A stretch of DNA of 64,000 bases from contig CAWCAA010000002.1 in NCBI GenBank assembly GCA_963793435.1, positions 151,813 to 215,812 on the forward strand, read 5' to 3'. Under the pieces are notes generated by a model, which worked only from the letters and a program-made list of their open reading frames with translations, was not told the origin of the DNA and searched no databases. Shown one piece after another: positions 56,894 to 64,000 of the stretch (its first letter is position 1; the number at the start of each line of letters is the position of its first letter). The position numbers and the translations under genes are program-made. Source of the stretch: an uncultured Verrucomicrobiae bacterium (GTDB lineage: Bacteria > Verrucomicrobiota > Verrucomicrobiia > Verrucomicrobiales > Akkermansiaceae).

Positions 56894-58048
56894 TTAGCGG
56901 CGGTTTTCGATTCGGTATTGGCGGGGTGTCTGGCCGTAGGTTTCTTTGAAAAGGGTGACCATGGAGCTTGCGGAACGGAAGCCGGAGCGTTGGGCGATTT
57001 CGTTCAGGGAAAGGTCTCCCGAGCGCAGCATCCGGGTGGCGAGGTCGAAGTGCGCCTTGCGGATCTGCTCATGGAGACTGAGGCCGACTTTCCGGGAGAA
57101 TCGCGATTCGAGGGTACGCCGGGAAACTCCCGTGGCGGCCACCACATCACCGACCATGATAGGGCGTTCGGCGTTTGCGCGGATGAAACGCAGGGCGGTT
57201 ATCAGATGCGGATCGGTGTAGGCGTATCCTGCGGTCGAGCCCCGCTCCACAATCTCCAGTGGTTTCACTTTGAGGTTCCGGTCAGAGTCGGTTTTCCGCT
57301 TCAGCAAGTCATCGAGCAAACGCGCTGCCTCGAATCCGCGCCGCTCCATATCCACATCGATGCTGGAGAGGGTCGGCGAGCAGAGATCGCAGAGTTGCTC
57401 GTAGTTTCCCACGCCGAGGATCGCGACGTCCTCGGGGACTTTCAGTCCGTTTTCCCAGCAGATCTCGATCGCGGCGGAGGCTACCCGGTCGGTGATTCCG
57501 AACAGGGCGAGCGGTTTCGGGAGTGCGGCCAGTTGTTCCGCCAACCCGCAATCCTCGCCCACCTCAAGGGTGAGGTTTTCCACAGGCAGCCCTTCGGAGG
57601 CAAGCCGTTCCGAAAAACCCTCCGCCCTCATCCGGAAGCCGCCCGTGTGGGTGGTGAGGCGGAGGCTGGCGAAGTTTCGGAAGCCGTTCAGAAGGAAATG
57701 CTCGGCGGCCATCCTTCCTATCGCGGTTTCGTCCGAGGTGACGCTGGCCAGCCATGGCGCGTCCTGGCGGGAGGTGACATTGATGACGGGCACATCGCGG
57801 TTGCGGGCGGCTTCGAGAAACGCCTCGTCGCGGATCGTTGAGATCAGCCCGTCTCCCTCCCAGCCTGCGAGTAGCTGGAGAAGCTCGTCACGCTCGCGAT
57901 CGAAAAACGAGATCCGCCAGTCTGTTTTCTGCTGCGAGTAGCGGCTGATGCCGGTCAGCAGTTTTTCCCCGTAGCCGCTCAGCGATTCGATCATCAGCCC
58001 GATCCTCCGGAGAGGCGGGGAGTTCTTTTCGATTTTATCGGGTGCCAT
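56894..58048 (-). CDS. XylR-like transcriptional regulator (periplasmic-binding-protein-like sensor + AraC HTH)
   Basis: Start trimmed to MAPDKIEKNSPPLRRIGLMIES. C-terminal ...IAQRSGFRSASSMVTLFKETYGQTPRQYR. The upstream 630 aa of ORF 56894-59938 is antisense to the symporter gene and was rejected. Confidence 0.8.
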   Translation of the reverse strand: MAPDKIEKNSPPLRRIGLMIESLSGYGEKLLTGISRYSQQKTDWRISFFDRERDELLQLLAGWEGDGLISTIRDEAFLEAARNRDVPVINVTSRQDAPWLASVTSDETAIGRMAAEHFLLNGFRNFASLRLTTHTGGFRMRAEGFSERLASEGLPVENLTLEVGEDCGLAEQLAALPKPLALFGITDRVASAAIEICWENGLKVPEDVAILGVGNYEQLCDLCSPTLSSIDVDMERRGFEAARLLDDLLKRKTDSDRNLKVKPLEIVERGSTAGYAYTDPHLITALRFIRANAERPIMVGDVVAATGVSRRTLESRFSRKVGLSLHEQIRKAHFDLATRMLRSGDLSLNEIAQRSGFRSASSMVTLFKETYGQTPRQYRIENRR

Positions 58049-58198
58049 TTTGCGTAATGGAGCGGATGAGTTGCGCAATTCGGTGAAAATTTGAAACTTT
58101 ATTCTGATTTTGCGCAAGGAAAGGTTTGCAACGATTTGCTCCTGATTGGTAACTTCGCGCCCCGCCCGCCGGGATGCCGGCCTGGAACTCCAACTGTC

Positions 58199-59956
58199 AT
58201 GCACACCGCCGACTGGTTCATTCTCATCACCTATCTCGCTGGAACCGTAGCGGTCGGGATCTGGCTTGGGCGGATGGTGAAAAGCTCGAGCGACCTTTTT
58301 TCGGCAGGTGGGAAATCGCCATGGTGGGCGAGCGGACTGAGCGCGTTCATGACCATGTTCTCCGCGAACACCTTCGTCGTGTGGGGCAGCATCGCCTTCG
58401 ATCTGGGTCTGGTGGCGGTGGTGATCAATCTGATGTACGGCGTGGCAGCGCTGCTGGCCGGATACTTCGTGGCCGGGCGCTGGAAGGCACTGGGCGTGGC
58501 CACTCCAGCGGAATATGTCCGGCTCCGATTTGGCACAGGCGTCCTGCACTTTTATACATGGTCGATGCTCGTGCTGCGCGTGGTCGGTACGGCCGGAGCT
58601 CTCTATGCCCTTTCGAAAATCCTTGTCGCACTGATGCCGCTGGAGGAGGGGAATCCGCTGCGTGATGCGGCTACGGGCAATCTCTCGCTGGAGGCGGCGA
58701 TCCTTATTTTCGGAGGAATCGTGATCCTCTACACGATGATCGGCGGGCTTTGGGCGGTGCTGATGACCGATGTCCTCCAGTTCATCATTCTGAATCTTGC
58801 GGTGCTGTTCGTCATTCCGCTGGCGTTGGCGAAAGTTGGCGGGCTGGGGACGTTCGTGGAAATGGCTCCCGACGAGTTTTTCACCGCTACGGGAGGAAAC
58901 TACACCTGGTTTTTCCTGGCTGGCTGGTGCGCGATCCATTTTTTCATGATCGGGGCGGATTGGGCTTTCGCGCAGCGCTTTCTCTGTGTGCCGAGCCGGA
59001 AGGACGCGCGGAAGAGTACCTATCTCTTCGGGATTCTGTATCTGGTCAGCCCGCTGCTCTGGCTGCTTCCGCCGATGATCCACCGCGTCGCCGATCCCAC
59101 CGCGGATCCGGAGCAAGCTTACATTCTCTCCTGCAAGTCCGTGCTGCCGATCGGGATGCTGGGTCTGATGGTGGCGGCGATGTTTTCCGCCACGGCGAGT
59201 ATGGTCAGCTCCCAGCTCAATGTGTTTTCCGGAGTGCTCACCCATGATCTCTACCGGCCTTTGGCGAAGAGCGCGAGTGCGGCGCATCTTGTGAAAGTGG
59301 GGCGATTTTTTACAATGTTCATCGGAGCGATCCTGATCGGGATCGCGCTTCAGATCGGGAATTGGGGAGGAGTGAAGGATGTCATCATCGGGGTGACGGA
59401 GCTGATGGTGGTGGCACTCTTCGCGCCATCGGTCTGGGGATTGTTCAGCCGCAGCCTGCGTGGGTCGGCGGTTTGGATCGTGGGGCTTACGGGATTTGGA
59501 GTGGGGGCTTTGGTTCGGTTCGGATTCGGGGAAAACGGTTTTTTGAGCGGGATCGATTTCCTCGCGGATCTCAATGCCTGGTTGCAAACGCATGCCAGCA
59601 CGGTGAAGACATTTACCGGTGTGGTGCTGCCGGTGGTTTTGCTGGCCGCCGTGCAAATGTTCCAGCGAGGCATCGCCCCCGGCGTCCTGAAACTCGATCA
59701 GCTCGGCGCGATCCAGACGGAGCGGGAAAAGGCTCCTCCGGCCAGCGCGGGTTCGCTGCCCGCCCGCATTGTCGGGATCGGCCTGCTGTTCTGCGCCGCG
59801 CTGCATGCCCCGCTTATTTTCATCAATCCGGACGACCGGATCGCTCTCCTTGCGTTCGTGGGAGTCGTCGCCGCATTGGGTGGCGGGATTCTCCTTATGG
59901 CGCGGAACATCGCTGAAACCGGTGACCCGGAAAACCACCCGACATCCTCCTCATGA
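58199..59956 (+). CDS. Sodium:solute symporter (SSS family)
   Basis: About 13 TM helices. N-terminal DWFILITYLAGTVAVGIWLGR...SDLFSAGGKSPWW, typical of the SSS family. Confidence 0.85.
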   Translation: MHTADWFILITYLAGTVAVGIWLGRMVKSSSDLFSAGGKSPWWASGLSAFMTMFSANTFVVWGSIAFDLGLVAVVINLMYGVAALLAGYFVAGRWKALGVATPAEYVRLRFGTGVLHFYTWSMLVLRVVGTAGALYALSKILVALMPLEEGNPLRDAATGNLSLEAAILIFGGIVILYTMIGGLWAVLMTDVLQFIILNLAVLFVIPLALAKVGGLGTFVEMAPDEFFTATGGNYTWFFLAGWCAIHFFMIGADWAFAQRFLCVPSRKDARKSTYLFGILYLVSPLLWLLPPMIHRVADPTADPEQAYILSCKSVLPIGMLGLMVAAMFSATASMVSSQLNVFSGVLTHDLYRPLAKSASAAHLVKVGRFFTMFIGAILIGIALQIGNWGGVKDVIIGVTELMVVALFAPSVWGLFSRSLRGSAVWIVGLTGFGVGALVRFGFGENGFLSGIDFLADLNAWLQTHASTVKTFTGVVLPVVLLAAVQMFQRGIAPGVLKLDQLGAIQTEREKAPPASAGSLPARIVGIGLLFCAALHAPLIFINPDDRIALLAFVGVVAALGGGILLMARNIAETGDPENHPTSSS

Positions 59957-62229
59957 TACACGAATCACCTTCCGAGAAACGTTCGCCACTTTTAACCGAA
60001 ATTGATGCAGACCTGATCGTGACCGGCGGTGGTCTGGCTGGAACGTGCGCGGCGATCGCGGCAGCGCGGGAGGGTCTGAAAGTAGTCCTCGTGCAGGACA
60101 GACCCATGCTGGGAGGAAATGCTTCGAGCGAAGTCCGGCTGTGGATCCTCGGTGCGACCTCCCACCTCGGGAACAACAACCGGTGGTCACGCGAGGGCGG
60201 GATCATCAACGAGATCCTCGAAGAAAACCTCTACCGGAACCGCCAGGGGAACCCCTACATCCTGGATACCATCCTTCTTGAGAAATGCTACGAGGAGCCG
60301 GGGCTGACCCTGCTGCTCGATACCGCGGTGCACGATCTGGAGAAATCCGATCCCGATACCATCTCCGCCCTGCATGCGTTTTGCTCGCAGAACTCCACGC
60401 GCTACCTGCTGCGCGCTCCGCTGTTTTGCGACGCGTCCGGAGATGGGATCGTGGCCTTCATGGCCGGTGCCGCCTTCCGCATGGGTGCGGAATCGAAGGA
60501 GGAATTTGGCGAAAAGTTCGCGCCCGACACGGAGTTCGGAGAGCTGCTCGGGCACTCCATGTATTTCTACAGCAAGGACGCGGGCGTTCCGATCAAATAC
60601 ACCCCGCCGAGCTGGGCGCTGGACGACATTACGAAAATCCCGCGCTACCGCCAGTTCCACACGAACATGCAGGGCTGCAACTTCTGGTGGCTCGAATTCG
60701 GCGGCCGGCTGGATACCATCCACCAGTCCCAGGACATCAAACAGGAGCTGTGGAAAGTCATCTACGGAGTCTGGAACCACATCAAAAACTCCGGGGAATT
60801 TCCCGAAGCGGAAAACCTGACACTGGAGTGGGTCGCCCAGATACCGGGCAAGCGCGAGAGCCGCCGGTTCGAGGGCGACTACATCATGCGCCAGCAGGAC
60901 GTGATCGAGCGCACGGTTTTCCCGGACACCGTGGCACATGGCGGTTGGGCAGTGGATCTCCATCCGTCGGACGGGATTTATTCGGAGCTGCCGGGCTGCA
61001 CCCAATGGCATTCCAAAGGCGTTTACGGTATCCCCTACCGCAGCTACTACAGCCGGAATATCAAAAACCTTTTTCTCGCCGGGCGCATCATCAGCGCCAC
61101 CCACGTGGCCTTCGGAAGCACCCGGGTGATGGCCACCTGCGCAGCCGGCGGCCAGGCTGTCGGGACTGCCGCCGCCCTGTGCATTGAGAAAAAATGCCTC
61201 CCCTCCGGACTGCTCGGGGAGGGCGAAATGGCGGAGCTGCAGGAGCGTCTCGCCCGCCGCGGCCAGCATCTGCCGGAGATCCGGGTCGAGGGGGAAAAGG
61301 ACTTGGCATCCAATGCTGAAATCACTGCAAGCTCCGAGCTGAAACTCGGCGAACTAAAGCCGGGAGCGAAGACCCTTCGGCTGGAAAGTTCCTGGGCGAT
61401 GCTTCTTTCTCTCCCCGCCGGAGATTGTCCGAAGTTCACGATTTTCCCAGAAACCGATCAGCCGACCTTCCTGGAAGCCGAGCTGTGGGAAACCTCCCGT
61501 CCCGGCGAGTTCACTCCCGAGACCCGCCTCGCAACCACCCGCCACGAGATCACCGCCGATACCGGTGAAGTGATCCTGGATTTCAAAACCACCGTCCCGA
61601 AAGACGGCTACCATTTCGTCCGCATCCTGGAAAATCCCGCCCTGAAAGTGAAGCTAAGCGACCAGCGCGTCTCTGGAGTTCTCTCGGTTTCCAGCGATTT
61701 CAACAAAGCCGTCGCCACCTCCGCCCTGCAAGCGCCGCCTGAGGATATCGGGGTCGATTCCTTTGAATTCTGGCTACCGAAACGCCGCCCCGCAGGTGAA
61801 AATCTCGCCCTCCGCATCGAGCCGGCGCTCGAATGTTTTGCGCCGGAAAACATCGCTTCCGGCGCCTCCCGTCCGACGGCACTCCCGAACGCATGGGTCG
61901 CGGATTTCAAAGATCCCCATCCCGAGCTATCGTTAAAATGGGACGAGCCGGTTGATCTGAAAAAGGTCGTCATCTCCTTCGATCCGGATTGGGATCATCC
62001 GCTGGAGTCGGTTCTGATGACACACCCGGAAGAAGTCGCGCCCTTCATGGTTCGGGATTTCGATCTGATCGACGGGGACGGAAACGTTCTCAGCGAGATC
62101 CGCGGAAACCGCTCCGCCCATTTCGAGTGGGAGTCCGCTTCACCGCTGAACACCTGCCAATTCCGCATTCGCATTCACGCCACCCACGGAGCTCCCGCAG
62201 CAATCTTCCGGGTCCGCTGCCCCGCCTAA
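59953..62229 (+). CDS. FAD-dependent oxidoreductase (FAD_oxidored-type, 758 aa)
   Basis: DLIVTGGGLAGTCAAIAAAREGLKVVLVQDRPMLGGNASSE dinucleotide-binding motif. ATGA overlap with the symporter gene. Confidence 0.75.
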   Translation: MIHESPSEKRSPLLTEIDADLIVTGGGLAGTCAAIAAAREGLKVVLVQDRPMLGGNASSEVRLWILGATSHLGNNNRWSREGGIINEILEENLYRNRQGNPYILDTILLEKCYEEPGLTLLLDTAVHDLEKSDPDTISALHAFCSQNSTRYLLRAPLFCDASGDGIVAFMAGAAFRMGAESKEEFGEKFAPDTEFGELLGHSMYFYSKDAGVPIKYTPPSWALDDITKIPRYRQFHTNMQGCNFWWLEFGGRLDTIHQSQDIKQELWKVIYGVWNHIKNSGEFPEAENLTLEWVAQIPGKRESRRFEGDYIMRQQDVIERTVFPDTVAHGGWAVDLHPSDGIYSELPGCTQWHSKGVYGIPYRSYYSRNIKNLFLAGRIISATHVAFGSTRVMATCAAGGQAVGTAAALCIEKKCLPSGLLGEGEMAELQERLARRGQHLPEIRVEGEKDLASNAEITASSELKLGELKPGAKTLRLESSWAMLLSLPAGDCPKFTIFPETDQPTFLEAELWETSRPGEFTPETRLATTRHEITADTGEVILDFKTTVPKDGYHFVRILENPALKVKLSDQRVSGVLSVSSDFNKAVATSALQAPPEDIGVDSFEFWLPKRRPAGENLALRIEPALECFAPENIASGASRPTALPNAWVADFKDPHPELSLKWDEPVDLKKVVISFDPDWDHPLESVLMTHPEEVAPFMVRDFDLIDGDGNVLSEIRGNRSAHFEWESASPLNTCQFRIRIHATHGAPAAIFRVRCPA

Positions 62230-62230
62230 G

Positions 62231-62370
62231 AAGTCGAAGACCCGTGACTGTCGGCAGCCTGCTGCCGCTTTCCGTTAGACAGCCTGCTGTCAACGGCGGA
62301 GCAATGGTAATCTTTCGGCTCGCAGCAGGCTGCATTGCCAAAAGCGGCAGCAGGCTGCCGGCAGTCACCG
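62231..62370. repeat. REP-like compound palindrome, left copy flanking the RAYT gene
   Basis: Outer arms cgtgactgtcggcagcctgctgccgctttccg (62243-62274) and caaaagcggcagcaggctgccggcagtcaccg (62339-62370) are near-perfect reverse complements. Inner arms are agcctgctg / cagcaggct. Outer tail is aagtcgaagacc. Confidence 0.8.
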
Positions 62371-62383
62371 GTGCCAGATTGCA

Positions 62384-62977
62384 CTACTCCCCGTCTTTCT
62401 CCGCGATCTGATCATAACGGAAGCTTGCCACGGTCTTGAGCCAAGCTGGCGACACCTCATTCTTGAAAGCTGCCGCGCTGCACCATTTCCAATCAGAACC
62501 GACAGCAATCAGCTTGTGATGCACCGCGTTCTGATGAACGTAGTGGAGCCGCGCCAGGTAGCTTCTGGCGTGGAGAAGCCTCGTCTCGCGATAATTTTGC
62601 CAGAGACGTGTCCGCCCGGCCAGCCCCTTGCGACGGTTCAGTTCCTTCGTTGCAAAGCTATGGAGTTTCGTCACCAGCTTACGTATGGAATTTCCCCCAT
62701 CTCCTCCCGCCGGGATATTGGCGATGAAGTGGTAGTGGTTGGAAAGAATCGCCCATGCCTCCAGCTTCCACCCGAAGTCCTGGGCGAATTGGAAAAGGGT
62801 ATCCTGGAACCAGTCCTTCATCGAGTCGTCCGCAAGGAGGTGTTTCCGGTCTCTCGTTCGGGCGGTAAGGAAATAGATGCCAGCGGACTCAAGATTGTGC
62901 GGTGGTGCGTGTGGCCAGTTCCGCGCGCCATTCCTGCTCTCCGCATCAGTAGGTAGAGATGGCTCATGAAATTCCAC
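62384..62977 (-). CDS. REP-associated tyrosine transposase (RAYT; IS200-like Y1 HUH transposase)
   Basis: HUH motif in ILSNHYHFIANI. LWQNYRETRLL and the catalytic-Tyr motif YVHQNAVHHKL (Y-x-x-x-N-P/A-V). A GTG start is proposed at 62977. The longer ORF to 63202 translates the repeat itself. Confidence 0.8.
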   Translation of the reverse strand: MEFHEPSLPTDAESRNGARNWPHAPPHNLESAGIYFLTARTRDRKHLLADDSMKDWFQDTLFQFAQDFGWKLEAWAILSNHYHFIANIPAGGDGGNSIRKLVTKLHSFATKELNRRKGLAGRTRLWQNYRETRLLHARSYLARLHYVHQNAVHHKLIAVGSDWKWCSAAAFKNEVSPAWLKTVASFRYDQIAEKDGE

Positions 62978-63045
62978 GCCGAAATTTTTCAGAAAAATGA
63001 GGATCACCGTCGAGTTCCAAAGGGAGGAAAAGTGGCGCCAGCCAC

Positions 63046-63184
63046 CTGTGACTGCCGGCAGCCTGCTGCCGCTTTCCGTTAGACAGCCTGCTGTCAACGG
63101 GGCAAACTCGGGATCATCCGGCTCGCAGCAGGCTGCATTGCCGAAAGCGGCAGCAGGCTGCCGACAGTCACCGGTCTTCGACTC
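63046..63184. repeat. REP-like compound palindrome, right copy flanking the RAYT gene (inverted relative to the left copy)
   Basis: Same arms as 62231-62370. The tail ggtcttcgactc at the distal end is the reverse complement of the left copy's aagtcgaagacc. Confidence 0.8.
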
Positions 63185-63198
63185 TCCTGAGCGCCTCC

Positions 63199-64000
63199 TC
63201 ACGACTTCTCGCCTCTACGGAACTGACTGGGTGAGACACCCAGTTCGCGCAGGAAAACTTCCGTCATTCGCTGTGGCTCGGTAAAGCCGCTTTGCTCTGA
63301 AATTTCCGCCACAGGCAGATTGGTTTCCAGCAGTAAGCGGCGCGCCCGCAGCAAATGGCCCGCCAGATTTCCTTTTGCATGGTGCGTCCGGTCGCCTTTT
63401 TGAAACGCAATTCCAAAGGCCGCCGCGATAGGGGCACCTGGGCGAGAATTTCGTCAACCTTGATCGGCTGGTCCGAGTGATCCCGGATGTAACGCAGAGC
63501 GAGGTTCACAATTCCGTCCTCGCAGATCACAAGGTCGGATGAGCTCCTCGTCTCCACCCGGGTGGGTGGTAAGAAGAGAGCGTTCCGTTCTTTTCCCTCC
63601 ATCAGATCCGCAAGCATCCGCGCCGCCTCGTAGCCCACTTCCTCACCCGGCAGGGCCACGCTTGAAAGGGACGGTTCTGAAAAAGCGCAGAGAAGATTGT
63701 CCCCTCCTATGCTGACCACGGCACCCCTCCCCGGGATATCGAAGTCGGCGTCCCGTGCCGCTCTGAGGAGGATGAGCCCGTCGTTGTCGGTCGCCGCCAC
63801 CAGTCCGCAGGGCGCGTCCCGCTTCGCAAACCACTTCCGGGCCACATCCGCAGCGGCTCCGGTGCGTTGCGGGTCGTGCCCTTCCGGTTCCAGATCGAGG
63901 GTTTCAAAGCTCATTCCCCGTTTCTCCGCTTCACGGCGCGCCCCTTCGAGCCGCCCTTCCACATAACTTTTCCGCAAAGTGGAACCTACGAACACGACCG
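63199..64000 (-). CDS. Second XylR/AraC-type regulator, partial (N-terminus beyond the window), with a 1-nt frameshift near 63357-63361
   Basis: Sensor-domain similarity to 56894-58048 (ALPGEEVGYEAARMLADLM..., LRYIRDHSDQPIKVDEI). The HTH tail HLLRARRLLLETNLPVAEISEQSGFTEPQRMTEVFLRELGVSPSQFRR is read in a second frame ending at 63199. Confidence 0.7.

Noticed and set aside
58049-59938. The N-terminal ~630 aa of the 1014-aa minus-strand ORF 56894-59938.
   Set aside because: This part is antisense to a well-formed SSS transporter gene and is R/H/P/Q-rich. Only the C-terminal 384 aa (XylR-like, from ATG 58048) is credible.
62090-63284. Short ORFs translating the palindromic repeats (26302-26511, 62090-62368 and 62997-63284), and the N-terminal 75 codons of ORF 62384-63202.
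   Set aside because: They read through the REP-like hairpins on either strand (recurrent peptides such as GSRLPAVTG). The repeat structure explains their conservation. An internal GTG start at 62977 is proposed for the RAYT gene.
1-64000. Search for tRNA, rRNA, tmRNA, RNase P or riboswitch-like elements in the larger gaps (4263-4848, 13618-14210, 38800-39124, 52923-53431).
   Set aside because: No cloverleaf-compatible segment or recognisable conserved RNA motif was seen by eye. This is weak negative evidence and should be confirmed with tRNAscan-SE and Infernal/Rfam.

Overview
GC-rich bacterial chromosome segment with a strong preference for C-ending codons. The gene content points to Verrucomicrobiota or a close PVC relative: three PEP-CTERM proteins, an H-X9-DG prepilin-like protein, a DUF1592/DUF1552 pair, several sulfatases, an ECF sigma / FecR-LamG pair, and a large protein resembling Verru_Chthon cassette protein A.

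Housekeeping genes: dnaN (partial, runs off the left edge and is absent from the ORF track), pdhA/pdhB, ilvB/ilvN, galK, mpg, a YcaQ-type glycosylase and a Na+/H+ antiporter.

Main points of interest:
- A REPtron-like unit: an IS200-like Y1 (RAYT) transposase gene bracketed by two inverted copies of a ~130-nt compound palindrome, with decayed copies elsewhere in the window.
- A ParE-type toxin/antitoxin pair inserted between pdhA and pdhB.
- A 2811-aa signal-peptide TPR/all-alpha giant protein.
- An orphan ~1174-aa pilin-anchored protein with a decayed paralog fragment upstream.
- A SLOG-like Rossmann protein translationally coupled to a small ORF, in a repeat-laden gap.
- A 2028-aa thioester-bearing alpha-2-macroglobulin.
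- Two paralogous sulfatases with a non-canonical CSPSL active-site motif, one of them truncated at an IS630 element.
- At least three unrelated families of palindromic or dispersed intergenic repeats.

Caveat: about ten conserved genes, including ilvB, are broken by single-base indels, most of them sited in or beside short homopolymer runs. Most apparent pseudogenes here are therefore more likely sequencing errors than biology. No rRNA, tRNA or CRISPR array was recognised.
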